Assembly: GCF_964213995.1 (NCBI RefSeq)
Contig: NC_135823.1
Coordinates: forward strand, 1,612,001-1,660,633
DNA: 48,633 nucleotides
Direction: 5' to 3'
DNA from: Mustelus asterias
Lineage: Eukaryota
Both the position numbers and the translations under genes were made by a program. How positions within the stretch are numbered: the first letter of the stretch is position 1; each line of letters begins with the position of its first letter. Shown in pieces: positions 1 to 12,600 of the stretch. The notes beneath the pieces were generated by a model. It was given only the letters and a program-made list of their open reading frames with translations. It was not told where the DNA came from and searched no databases.

Positions 1-430
1 CCCCACCCCGCGCTGAATTAGTTTAAACCCTCCAGAAGAGCATTAGCAAATTCCACCCCCCCCCCCCCCCCCCGCGGCCCCGCCAATGTATTGGTACCCC
101 TCTGGTTCAAGTGCACACCATCCTGTTTGTAGAGGTCCCACCTACCCCAGAAAGAGCCCCAATTGTCCAGGTATCTGCATCCCTCCCTCCTGCACCATCC
201 CTGTAACCACGTGTTTAACTGCTCTCTCCACTTATTCCTCTCCTCACTATCACGTGGCACGGGTAACAAACCAGAGATAACAACTTTATTTGTTCTAGCC
301 CTAAGATACCACCCTAACTCCATGAATTTCTGCCTTACATCCCCGTCCCTTTTCCTACCTATGTCTTGAGTGCCTATGTGAACCACAACTTGGGGCTGGT
401 CCCCCTCCCCCTTAAGGATTTCGAAAACAT
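1..430 (-). mobile_element. CR1/HER1 LINE ORF1 (SGNH esterase) fragment
   Basis: VHIGTQDIG...VVISGLLPVP...LNTWLQGWCRREG...DGVHLN motifs. Confidence 0.9.
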
Positions 431-2135
431 CGTCTCAGCATAAGGACTGAGATTAGGGGAAAACTCTTCATTCATTGATCTGTTTGGGATGCTCTACCGC
501 AGAGAGTTCTGGCTGTTCAATCGTTGAGAGCATTGAAGACAAAGATCTATGTTTTTGCGGAATTAAGGGAATGTGGATATAATGCAGAGTCGGGGTATTG
601 CCTGATGGAGAAGGAATAAAGTATTTATTTAACATTGCTTAGAATGTTGAACTTTCTGTGGGTGTTGCAATTTCTCGCCCAGACCACACCGTGCCGCTCT
701 AAATCTACTGATGCATTTTACTATCATCGAGGCCCCTGCTGTCAAATATTGACCGCCCCCTTTTCCCTCCCCCTTTTCCCTTTCTTTGCCAAACGCTGGC
801 CACGTCCCCGTGTTGGGAGGGGTGTCCAACATCGATCCATGACGACAAATCATTTACTTAAATCAAATAGCCAAAGTCAGACATCTTCAGAATAGGGAGG
901 GAAGGGAAATTCTTATCGGCGAGAATTCTGCACCGACTTTGCTCGTGATAGAATCCTTTGCCAGACGCTGGACATTGTGGAAATATGCCGCCACTGCTCT
1001 ATCCAACTATGAAAATGACTGGCTGATTTCCAAAATAGGGTTGGTACCATTTATGTATTTTGCATAGGACAGCACACGGATTTTGTGACGAATATTTTAT
1101 CATCTTAACCTACTTTCTGAAGTTGTTCTGTTTCCCTGAACAGATATACTAAAGGGAAAGTCTTTCAACGAGCCGCCAAGTGCGCGATTGTATCATTCTC
1201 AAACCGGAAGAGAAAATACTGGAAAACCTCAGCAGGTCTGGCAGCATCTGTATGGAGAGAAAAGAGCTGACATTCGAGGCCAGATGACACATTGTCGAAG
1301 CTCTTTTGGCTAGAATTCCAGCATCTGCAGTAATTTACTTTTCTCCAGCGATTTATCCGGTAGCATTCTGAACTTAACATTCCATCTCCATGTGATTTCC
1401 TCACAATCATGCACCTGTTTTGGATGCGTCAAGGTGCTACATGCATACATATAATCCTGAGGTGCAGAAGCAGGCTTCTCGGCCAATCGAATTTGCACAG
1501 ACTCTCTCATAATGCACTTTACACAGGTCCTACTCTGTAAACCCTTGTATTTGCCCGGCTAAACTCCCTACAGTTACTGGCACATTAAGCGGTAATTTAG
1601 CATCACCTAACGTACACATGTTTGTGTGAAGACATCAGACCACTCAGAGGATACCCACGCTGACACGAGAGGAACGTGCATATTCACACAGACAGTGACC
1701 CAAGCCGAGATTCGAACTCAGTTCTGTGACGAAGGAAGTAATGTTCAAACATAGTCACTGATATACAATGTGCAAAATACATTTTTATAATGATTAGAAA
1801 TTATAATAATGCGGAGTAATTGGTCTTGTTGAAACACTCCGTTTCCTTTTTTTCATTTAAAGTGGATGTGGCTCGCCAGGTTTCTAATGAGGTCAAATTA
1901 GAAATCATTTTTCTAAATATTCATAACTTTTCCAACGCACCTAATCACAAAGGTCGCTGTTCCATGAATGAGTTCATTCTAACTTTCTCGTTCTCGATCA
2001 CACATTTTCCCTGTCCCCCCTCTCACAAACATAGAGATACACACACAGACAAAGACATGCCCGCAGCAGCATACATAAACAATGATATACATTCATTTTC
2101 TCTCACACAGGGTCAGTATTCTCGACATTAAGGAA

Positions 2136-2136
<1 letters not shown>

Positions 2137-2167
<31 letters not shown>

Positions 2168-2183
2168 CACAGACACACACACA
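2137..2183. repeat. (CT)n/(CA)n microsatellite
   Basis: Direct inspection. Confidence 0.9.
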
Positions 2184-2244
2184 CAAGCTCATGTCAAATT
2201 ATCACTGTTCCTTTCCTCTATCTCTTGCACACATTCTTCTGCAT

Positions 2245-2530
2245 GGTGGCAGCTTGGTTAACACTGCTTCCTCACAACACCAGGGACGCGAGTTCGATTC
2301 CTGGCAGGGGTCACTGTCTGTGTGGCGTCTGCACGTTCTCCCCTCTGCCTGGATTTCCTCCGGGTGCTCTGGTTTCCTCCCACAGTCCGAAAGACGTACT
2401 GCCGCGGGACATTGGCCACGCTACATTATCCCTCAATGTACCGGAACAGGCGCCAGAGAATGGCAACTGGGTGGTTTTCAAATATTTCATTGCAGTGTTA
2501 ATGTAAGCCTACTTGTGCCACGAAGAAATA
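2245..2530 (+). mobile_element. V-SINE-type SINE with an alternative tail (copies near 3360, 3860, 5350, 6957, 8330, 34660, 35740, 36417, 38585, 39050, 44525, 48460)
   Basis: Same head and core as above, but 3' end ggattttcacagtaacttcattgcagtgttaatgtaagcctacttgtgac..aataaa. Confidence 0.88.
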
Positions 2531-3044
2531 AAACTTATGTCACCTTCTTCCATACATTGCTCAATTTTCACTGCCTTCTTCGGCACCAATTCACACTTCG
2601 GCCATAGCGTCCATGAAGATTTTATCTTACTCTCTCACGCCCTGAATGGATCAGGATCAATCCTCCTTAAGTTCGGAACAGCCTGAGGATCTCAAGGGGG
2701 AAGTTAATGCTGTCTGTTTTTCCAAGGCAACGGGAAGTGTAGACAGAGTCAATAGATGGGAGTCTGGTTTGCCTGAGAGACTGGGCTACGTTCACAACCC
2801 GTGTTGGTCATCGCAGGGGCCATGCCAAGCTGTGATACATACAGAAAGAATGGTTTCTATGGGGCATTATGTAAAACATGCTGAGAGTCGTAGTGGACAT
2901 GCCGAATTTTCTTAGCTTCCTGAAATTAGAGGCGTTGGTGGACTGTGTTAACTATAGTGCCAGTGTGGAGGTTCCAGGACAGGTTGTTGCTGATCTGGAG
3001 GCCAAGAAACTTGAAGCTCTCGACCATTTCCATTTCATCAGACA

Positions 3045-3310
3045 GGGGCATTCCCTTCAAGACGCATCCTGTACTCGATGACATACAGCCATTGGTTACT
3101 GCAAATAAATAAATTCTGAGGTTGCAATGTTAACTGCACGAAGGATATATCAGACACGGCCGTGGAAATTGTTGAAAGATCTGTACCATGGAAATTACTT
3201 TGGGAATGAACTGGTTTTGAGATGGTCTCAAATACAATGAGGCGATAAGTAATCTTTACAAAATGTTTTCCTTCCTCGCCTTTCACTATAGTATCTGTTC
3301 ACTCGGATAT
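3045..3310 (-). pseudogene. Highly degenerate V(J)-like exon relic
   Basis: ttcttgtttcag| acceptor, then in shifting frames DIRVN / DTIVKGEEGKHFVKITY / WYRS..GRV / LTLQPQNLFICS / TGCVLK. Motif order fits a V domain but spacing is too short. Confidence 0.35.
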
Positions 3311-4263
3311 CTGAAACAAGAAACTGCATTCAATATGTTAAAGCAATGGCTATGAACTGTGGGCGGCATGGTGACACAGGGGTTCGCACTGCTGCAACAC
3401 AGCGCTAACGGTCTGGGTTCAATTCCGGCCTTGGGTGAATGTGTGTGCAGAGTCTGCATGTTCTCCCCATGTCTATGCGGGTATCCTCCAGGTGCCCCAG
3501 TTTCCCCCACAAGTCTAAAGTCTTGCTGGTAAGGCGCATTGCTCAGACTAAATTCTTCCTCAGTGTGGCCAAACAGGAGCCGGAGTGTGGCCACGTGGGG
3601 GGTTCCAAACTAACTTAATTGCAATGTTAATTTCAGATTGTTTGTGATACCATGAAGACAATCAACTTGAACAACCTCTCCCGACCAACCTCTGTGCCGA
3701 ATCTAATATTCAATCAGGATAAAGATAAGAAACTCGATGAGCATGACAGATATGGAAACAGGTCAACATGCCCAATCAGATGAGAATATCAAAGCCCACA
3801 TCACGAGAGCATCAGGAGAATGGTCAGGAATGAAAGCTTCGATACAACACCGAGTTAATTACTTTTAATTATTAGTGTCACACGTAGGCTCACATTATCT
3901 CTGCAACGAAGTTGCTGTGAAAACCCCGTTTTTGTTACACTCCGGCGCCTGTTCGGATACACTGAGGGAGAATTTAGCACGGCCAATCCACCTAACCTGC
4001 ACATCTTTTGGACTGTGGGAGTAAACCTGAGCACCCGGAACAAACCCACGCAGACACGGGGAGAACGTGCAGACTCTGCACAGACATGAAACCAAGCCGG
4101 GAATCGAAACCTGGTCCCAGGTGCTGTGAGGCAGCAATGCTAAGCACGGCAGTACGCTCAATGTGGAGTTTGATCGGGTGGGCAATTGGAGGTTGTGCTT
4201 TTGCCATGACCCCTCTCCTCCTGCCACCTATTTCCAGCAGGTAGCAATCTTATTAAATTATTA

Positions 4264-4265
<2 letters not shown>

Positions 4266-4307
<42 letters not shown>
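4266..4307. repeat. (GT)n microsatellite
   Basis: Perfect GT run. Confidence 0.98.
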
Positions 4308-4309
<2 letters not shown>

Positions 4310-4509
4310 TACAAAGTGCGATCCCAGTGAGCAGCTGGTGAAGGGATTAGTCCCCAGAATTAATGAGCTACGTTAATCTGAATGTGAGGTGCCTGGGGGA
4401 AGGTGTTACTGACAAAATTGTTTCAAAGAACAAAGAACAAAAAACTTCTTAGAAATACTGTTTGCGTCAATTATAGTGCCACGATTGAGCTGAAAGTGTT
4501 GAGCGTTAC

Positions 4510-4622
4510 CGAGTGTATATTTTGTAGAAATGCTTGATCTTGAAGAAGTGAGTCAGGAGAAGCAGCAGCAGAGAGCGGAGCTCGGCTGCAAAGAGGTGCA
4601 TATCCGGTGACCACGGCTGCAT
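4510..4622 (-). pseudogene. Candidate signal-peptide exon (MHLFAAELRSLLLLLLTHFF...)
   Basis: ATG, Leu-rich core, donor CG|GTAACG, and a GC box (GGGGCGGAG near 4683) upstream in unique sequence. Phase 2 as written. Confidence 0.4.
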
Positions 4623-4904
4623 GCTGTGAGCGACAAAACACCCTAACCCAAAGCCCATTCGGGGCTCTGCCAAATGCGCTGAGGGGCGGAGATGGCTGGT
4701 CAAGATTCTGACCACTTCAACACCTCATGCTTCAGATGGAAAATGATGCTGTAGCCAAAAGCAGTCAGTGCCATTCCTGTTTTAATAGTTGAGGCGCTTC
4801 ATGTACAGAGTTGCCTGCAATGGTTTAACACTGGAATTCAATTTCAACTGCAGATCGAGGAGTGCTTGCAGCCTGGGGTGGATTGGCATAAGCAGAGAAC
4901 AGGC

Positions 4905-5285
4905 CACTATACAAGTACAGAGGGATATATGGCACACAAACAGGCGCTTCGGCCAACTCTTCGATGCCAACCAGGTTTCCTAATCTGAACTCGTCGCATT
5001 TGCCTGCGTTTGCTCCATATCCCTCCGAACCTTTCCCATTCCCATACCTGTCCAAATTGTTGTAGTTATCCCTGCCTCTACAAGTTTTTCTAGCAGCTCA
5101 TTACACATTACCACCGCCCTCTGTGTGAAGAGGTTTCACCTCAAGTCCGTTAAGAATCGTTCCCCTCTCACCTTCAACCAATGCCCTCTAGCTTTGGACT
5201 TTCCTTCCCTGAATAAAACCCATTGGCTATTCACCTTATCTATGCCCTTCCTGATATTATAAACCGCTATAAGGTTACACTCATA
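4905..5285 (-). mobile_element. CR1 3' fragment (similar pieces near 15405-15660, 21780-21960, 26345-26582, 34860-35180, 42200-42600)
   Basis: Similarity to the 3' ends of the longer CR1 copies in this window. Confidence 0.8.
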
Positions 5286-6019
5286 CACAGTTTACAAATC
5301 GATGTGATTGCAAATAACCATTTAGATTTTTTAAATGTATTTGTATTCCAAGTAGGCTTACATTAATACTGTAATGGAGTTACTGTGAAAATCCCCGAGT
5401 CGACACACTCCGGCGCCTGTTCGGGTTCACTGAGGGAGTATTTAGTACGGTCAATGCACCGAACTAGGGCGTCTTTCGGACTGTGGGAGGAAAACGGAGC
5501 ACCCAAAGGAAATCCACGCAGACACAGGGAAAACATGCTGACTCCGCAGAGACAGTGACACAAAGCAGAAATTGAACTCAGATTCCTGGCACTGTGAGGC
5601 AGCAGTGCTGATCATTGTGCCACCGTGCCACCCTTTTGGTGTATTTGCTGTGAATAATTTTGACGCACGACTCTTTTTGATGAAGTTGCTTCTAAAATTC
5701 ACTGGAAAAATACAAACCCAACTGCAGCGGCATATAACTGTAAAACGTATAAGTTGTTTTTGTACAGAACATCTGGTTTCGAAGTTGGACTAACTGTCCA
5801 TATCTCCGCCCTTCCATGGTACAAAGAGAAATTACGACACTAGAATTGGCGCAACCAGGATTTCTAAGAAGGATAGCTGGACTGAGATGTCATAAATCAC
5901 AGGAAAGGTAAAACAGGATGGGACTCTTTTTACTCAAGAACACAAGGCTGAGTGGTGACAGAATAGATATGTTAAAAATTGGATCAGCAGCACCATCTCA
6001 GTGCTGATTTGCGATTTAT

Positions 6020-6350
6020 GGGGAGGCGATGGCCTTATGTTATTATCGCTAGACTATTAATCCAGAAACGCAGCTAATGCTCTGGGGACATAGTTTCGAA
6101 TCCCGCCACGGCAGACGATGGAATTTGAATTAAATTTTAAAAATCTGGAATTAAGAACCTACTGATGATCATGAAGATATTGTGGATTGTCGAGGAAGAA
6201 CCCATCTGGTTCACTGATGCCCTTTAGGGAAGGAAACCTCCGTCCTTACCTGGTATTGCCTACATGCGACCTCAAAACCAGAGCAATGTGGTTGGCTCTC
6301 AACTGTCCTCGGGCAGCTAAGAATAGCAATAACTGGCAGCTCGCCACAGC
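6020..6350 (+). mobile_element. Second tRNA-derived SINE family (copies near 22120-22440, 25177-25345, 43620-43890 -, 48320-48420)
   Basis: ggggaggcgatggcc...ttcgaatcccgccacggcaga...ctttagggaaggaaa...aatgtggttg recurs through the window. Confidence 0.75.
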
Positions 6351-6700
6351 CATGTGCATTATTAATAATATATACATATAGATATTTAAACTCGAATTGG
6401 ATTTTATCCAGAGGATTCAGCATACATCCGTTCAGTCGTACTGTGACCTATTTACCAGAAATGTTATTGATATGTATCCTACCAGTTGGGTCACACAAAC
6501 GGAGAGGTATGTCAAATGACTGTTGTATTCGACCGAACACTTCACCACAATGGTGTCACAATTTGCACAGCAGAGCGCGTCATAGTTCCCACCGAATCTG
6601 AAAAGGCCTAACTCAATGCGATTCAGAACAGGCCAGTCTGCAGCCATTGTGCCTGCAGAAGGAACCCAGTCAGACAGAATACAAGGAAATCTCTATCAAG

Positions 6701-6755
6701 ATGGCGAAAGGCTCATTAGCTGTGATGCTCATTTTCCAAGTACTACGGTTTCACT
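6701..6755 (+). pseudogene. Gene A leader exon (MAKGSLAVMLIFQVLRFH)
   Basis: ATG in aagATGg context, hydrophobic 18 codons plus 1 nt, donor T|GTGAGT; phase 1 matches the V acceptor at 7332. Confidence 0.8.
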
Positions 6756-7331
6756 GTGAGTAAGAGACGGGAGGGAATTTTAAGCAAAATCACTTTTATA
6801 AATCAGAAGGAGAGTTTTCTAAGCTGAAAACGTGAGCCAGTGATCAGGTGAAGGAATTTGACCTGATCATTTACTGCTTCCACCCATAAAGCGAAGAAGA
6901 TATAAACTGAATACTAAATTTAAAAAACAATGATGACAAATAATAATGAGGTTGAGCGGTGGTGCAACAGTGGTTAGCACTGCTGCCTCACTGCACCAGG
7001 GACTGAGTTCAAATTCCCGGCTTGCACCACTGCCTGTGCGGGTCGACACGTTCTCCCGTTGTCTGTGTGGGTTTATTGCTGGTGCCCACAGTTCGAAAGA
7101 CGTGCTGGTTTTGTGCATTGGCCATGCTACATTATTCCTCGGTGTGCCCGAACAGGCGCCGAAGTGTGGCGCCTGGGGGATTTTCACCATAGCTTCATTG
7201 CGGTGTTAATGTAAACCTGCTTGTGACAGTAATGGATAAACTACAAGTTTTAAATACAGGCGCGGATTTATTTTTAAGAGACCGCTTCAGATATTTCAAA
7301 ATCCGTGGTAATGTAACAATAATCTTTCTAG

Positions 7332-7664
7332 TTAGAGAATCCGAGTCCTCTCTGTCTCAAATCCCCTTCACAATGACAGCTGAAGTTGGCCATACGGTGG
7401 AATTGTCCTATTATGAGACTTCTGAAGTGTATTTGGTTTCTTACTGTGCTTGGTACAAACAGCGTTTGGGTGAAGCCCCGATACGAATAAACGCTGCATC
7501 TTGTATTGGGGCCGACTGCAAATATATTTCTGAAAAAGGCAACCCAGCAAATGCATTGATTCTGAGAATTCGCAATGTCCAGACGAATGACTCGGGTTCA
7601 TACTACTGTTTCGATCTTGCTGGGGCAGCACCGTTCCGGAATGGACACACACTCATGGTTGGAG
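7332..7664 (+). pseudogene. Gene A germline-joined V-J exon
   Basis: ctttctag| acceptor; SLSQ...VGHTVELSY...WYKQRLGEAP...LRIRNVQTNDSGSYYC...PFRNGHTLMV; donor GAG|GTAAGA. V-set motifs and a J-like G strand lie in one exon. Confidence 0.92.
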
Positions 7665-7752
7665 GTAAGAGAGCAAGTGTACTTAATTCAGATTGTGCAC
7701 GGCATTAGCATTTTATGTAAATTAATCATTAACTTTGTGCCCATCTGTCCAG

Positions 7753-8081
7753 ACAGTTCCACCACGAAGACGGCTGTGCTGGTATTTATCCCTCCGGGTG
7801 AGCTGGATTTGAATGATACCGTGCCCTTTGTGTGTTTGGTCAGTGGAGTTTCTTCCAACCAGATTGCTATTTTCTGGAATATTTCCGTCCAGGTCATGAG
7901 GGATCGAGTGATCCCGGGATAATGGAAGAAGACGGGACCTACAGCATCAGAACTCATGTCATGGTGTCGGCGGACATTTGGAGAAGCGGCGCTGTCTGTG
8001 CTTGCATTGTTCAACTGGGAATTCCAGGGAAATACTGGACAAAGCGTGTGTCGTTCTCCAAAGCAGAAGAGACTGGAACAA
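7753..8081 (+). pseudogene. Gene A C1-set exon (frameshifted near 7896)
   Basis: ctgtccag| acceptor; VLVFIPP...VPFVCLVSG...IFWNIS, then after a 1-nt shift GIMEEDGTYSIRTHVMVSADIWRSGAVCACIVQ; donor A|GTGAGT. The V-C intron is 88 bp. Confidence 0.92.
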
Positions 8082-9659
8082 GTGAGTTGTTAATTTCCAC
8101 AATGGTGGTTTGAATTCAACTCCTAATCAATTGGGACAATGCACCAGATACTATGACACTGAAGACTCTGAATTGACTGGTAGGAGCCTCCAATTTAAAC
8201 TACGTTACCCCTATAACTTGACCGAGGGGAATTTCACAGTAACTTCATTGCAGTTTTAATGTAAGCCGTCTTGTGACTCTAAATAATAAACTTCAAACTT
8301 TAAACATTTCCCCTTCAAGTCACAATGTGGGCCGTACGGTGGCACAGAGTTTAGCACTGCTGCCTCACAGCGCCATGTACCATAGCTCAATTCCAGGCTT
8401 GGGTTACTATCAGTGCAGAGTCTGCACGTTCTCCCCGACTCTGCGTGGGTTTCCTCCGGGTGCTCCGGCTTCCTCCAGCAGTCCGAAAAACGTGTTGTCC
8501 AGATGCATTTGTTATTCTAATTTGTACTACAGTGTACCTGAACAGGCGCTGGAGTGTGACGTTTAGGGGATTTTCACATTAATTCCATTGCTGTGTTAAT
8601 CTAAGCCTACTTGTTATACCACTCAATAAACTTAAGCTCCTCTGTTTTCCCTGTTGAAAGTTACTATTGAATATGCTTGGACCGCCTTTTTCAGACAATG
8701 GATTTTGGAATTGAATTGGGGTAAGTCCTTCCGTGGATGCACTTTGCGTTCAGAAAACAAACAAGAGGTTTTTATTCTGAGGCATGAGCTCAATTTCCCA
8801 GAATCTCACTTCACAATCCTTAGTTTCCATGTGGTAACTGTTTAATTTTTAATTACTAATACCTGCAATCCAATCTCAGGAGCTAAAGCTTCACAGTAGT
8901 TGGATTTTAGATTATTTTACGCTGTTTGATCCAGCGATCTGGACCACGTCTGCAAGGTCAATGGAAGCAAATATAACAATACATTTCACAACTGGAATTG
9001 CATGTGGACTCGGCGGTGAGAAATGTGCAGTGTTGTGAGGGAAAAATAGGCATAGTACCACTATTTCAATAGATCTTTCAAAGACACAGCGAGGACGCTG
9101 TGGGCCTGTATGATTATATGATTCAGTTTTCAAATGAGTGTTGGCGTGATGCTTTTATCATGCAACCTGACACACTATGAATGTGGAACTATCCTGTCAG
9201 GGCTGTCTGATTCTTGATCCCTACTCGCAAGAATAATGCAGTTCATACCACCCTGTTCATTCACGGGTTGCTAGCAATTCCATATGTTGTTTATTTTTAT
9301 TTCACTCCCGAGTTTAAGGTTGCCACTTTTCAACTGTTTTAAAATATATTCGTGTGGCACAGGGGTCGCTGGCGACGCCAGCCTTTATTTCCCATTCTTA
9401 GCTGCTTTTGAGAAGATGGTGGTGAGTTGCATTCTTAAAACTCTCCAGTCCATGTCCTGTGGGGTGACCTGCAGAGCTGTTCGGGAGGAAATTCTAGAAT
9501 CTTTACCGAGCGACTGCGAAGGAATGGCCGATATATTTCCAAGTAAGTATACTGAGTGGCTAGGGGGGGAACTTGCAGGTGGCTGTGCTCCCAGGTATCT
9601 GCTGACCTTGTCCTTCTAGATGTAATGATCGTCGGTTTGGAAGGTGCTGTCACCACGGC

Positions 9660-12600
9660 ACCGTGGTACAGGGAACCGTTCAAGTAGGGGGAGAAAAAAG
9701 AAATGTAGTCCTAATTGAGGATAGTATTGTTAGGGACATGGACACTGATCTCTGTGACCAGGATCGAGAAACCTGAAGGTTGTGTTGCCTGCCTGGTGCT
9801 CGGGTTCGCGATACCTCATCTGGGCTGCAGAGGAACTTGGAGTGGGAGGGCAAAGACCCCAGTTGTCGTGGTCCATTGAGTTACCAATGACATAGGTAAG
9901 AACAAGGACAACGTTTCTGCTTAGGGAGCATGAACATCTAGGAGCTAAACTAAAAGCAGAACCAAAAAGTTAATAATCTCTGGATTACTACCTGAGCCAC
10001 AAACTAATTGGCACAGGGTCAATAAGATTAAGGAGGTAAATGCGTGGCTCAAAGATTGGACGGGAAAGAATGGGTTTGAATTCATGGGATATAAACACCA
10101 GTATTGGGGAAGAGGGTACCTGTTCCGATGGCATTGTCTTCATCTGAATTGTGCTGGGACGAGATTCCTGGCGATTCGTATAACTAGGACTGAAGATAGG
10201 GCTTTAAACTAAATGGAACGGGAGGATGGTTCAGATGTATAGAGAATTAAAAAATCGAAGTTAAAGGACAGGATGGAAGGGCAGGTTAATGGAGCTGAGG
10301 GCTCAGGAGAGGTTAGTAAACTTTCCAGACCACGTAAAGAACAAAGAGTATAGAAAGTGGCAGGAATCTACTCACAGGCAGAGCAAGAAAGGTGGCAAGT
10401 ACGCGAAGGGAGGTGACCAATGCAGGACTGAGGGTCGTGTACCTAAATCCGTGCAGTATACGAAACATGGTAAATGAGCTTGTTGCACACATTGAAATTG
10501 GCTGGCACGATGTTGTGGGCATCACAGAGGCGTGGCTGCAAGGGGATCAGGGCTGGGATCTAAATATCCAAGGATATGTGTCCTAATCAAAGATCAGGAG
10601 GATGGGCAAAGTGTGCTGGGTTGCATTGTTTGTAAGGAATGAAGTTAAATCTATAGCAAGAAGTGACATACTGCTGTACTTCTATACTTCTATAAGGTAT
10701 CCCAAGGGCGGCACGGTAGCACAGTGGTTAGCACTGCTGCTTCACCGCTCCAGGGACCTGGGTTCGATTGCCGGCTTGGGTCACTGTCTGTGTGGAGTTT
10801 GCACATTCTCCTCGTGTCTGCGTGGATTTCCTGCGGGTGCTCCGGTTTCCTCCCACAGTCTAAGAATGTGTGGGTTAGGTTGATTGTTCATGCTAAAATT
10901 GACCTTTGTGTCCTGGGATGCGTAGGTTAGACGGATTAGTGGGTAAATATGTAGGGATATGGGGGTAGGGCCTGGGTGGGATTGTGGTCTTTGCAGACGC
11001 GATGAGCCGAATGGCCTCTTTCTGTGCTGTAGGGTTTCTAAGATTTCTAAGAAGAGCATCAGAAAGCATAAATTCTGAGGGGATAGAGTTGAGGAATCGC
11101 AAAGGTAAAAATTCCCTCATGGGAGTTATGTACAGGTCCACTAGCAGTAGTCAGGATTTGGGGCAGAAAGTAATTCAGGCCATAGAAAAGGCATATAATA
11201 ATGGCAATATTACACTAATCATGAGGGACTTCAATATGCAGGTGGACTGGGAAAATCGGGCAAGTAGTGGATCACAAGAAAATGAATTTGTGAAATGTCT
11301 GAGAGATTTTGTTTGGAGCAGCTTGTGACAGAGCCTACTAGGGGACAGGCAATTCTAGATTTGGTGATACGTAATGAGGCATATTTGATTAGGGAACTTA
11401 CGGTAAAGGAAACCTTAGGGAGCAGTGACCACAATATGATAGATTTTACCCTGCAGTTTGAGCGAGATAAGCTGGAGTCACATGTAACGGTATTGCAATT
11501 AAATAAAGGTAACTAAAAGCACATAAATGAGGAATGGCGAGAGTAGTTTGGAAAGGGAGCCCAGCAGGGAAGACAGTGGAATTGCTATGGCAAGAGTTTT
11601 TGAGAGTTATTCGGGAGTCACAACACAAATTCCTCCCAAGGAAGAGGAAACATGTCTCGGGAGGGCGAGGCATCCATGGCTGCCGAGGGGAGCCAAGGAC
11701 AGCATAAATGCAAAAGAAAAAGCATACGAAGTGGCAAGGATTATTGGAAAGCCAGAGGATTGCGAAGCCTTTAAAAGCGAGTAGAGGACAACTAAGAAAA
11801 GCAATAAAAGGGGGGAAGATGAAATATGAGTGTACGTTATCTAATAATGTAGAAGATGATAGGAAGAGTGATTTTTTTCAATCTATAAAAGGTAAGAGAG
11901 AGGCAAAAAGAGACACTGGACCATTGGAAAATGAGGCTGGAGAAGTAATAATAGGAAACAAAGCAATGGCAGAAGAACTGAATAGTTACTTTGCATCAGT
12001 CTTCACGGTGGAAGGCACCACTGGGATGCCAGAGCTCCAGGAGAGTCAGGGACCACAGGTGAGTGTAGTGATCATCACTAAGGTGAAGGTTCTGGGGAAA
12101 CTGAAAGGTGTGAAGGTGGATAAATAGCCTGGACCGGATGGACTATACACCAGGGTTCTAAAGCTGATAGCTGAGGAAATTGTGGAGGCATTAGTGGTGA
12201 CCTTTCAGGAAGCAATGGAGGCATGGAGTTTACCAGAGGATAGGAAAGTGTAATACCGCTGTTTAAGAAGGGAGGCAGGCAGCAGACAGGATATTATAGG
12301 CCGGTTAGCCTGACTTCGGTCATTGGCAAGATTTTAGCGTCCATTATTAAAGATGAGATCGCAGAGTATTTGGAAGTGCATGATAAAGTAAGACTGAGCC
12401 TGCACGGCTTCGTCAAAGGGAGGTCATGTCTAACAAGTCTGTTAGAGTCCTTTGACGAGCTAACAAGGAAGTTAGATCAAGGAGAACCAGTGGACCTGAT
12501 TTGTTTCGATTTCCAGAAGCCCTTTGACAAGGTGCCGCATAGGCGACTGTTAAATAAGTTAAGTGCCCATGGTGATAAGGGAAAGATTCTGGCATGGGCA

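Noticed and set aside
1820-1980. Minus-strand fragments ATFVIRCV and SLETWR resembling the family C1
   Set aside because: Too short, wrong spacing and no exon boundaries; compatible with chance.
7223-8113. Calling gene A or B a germline-joined Ig light chain or TCR gene
   Set aside because: The C exon splices on to a TM and tail, lacks YxCxVxH and a terminal light-chain Cys, and the TM lacks the TCR charged residues; no gene symbol assigned.
10719-10730. Many CACAGTG heptamers across the window
   Set aside because: They are part of the SINE tRNA head (GCACAGTGG), with no nonamer seen at 12/23 spacing.
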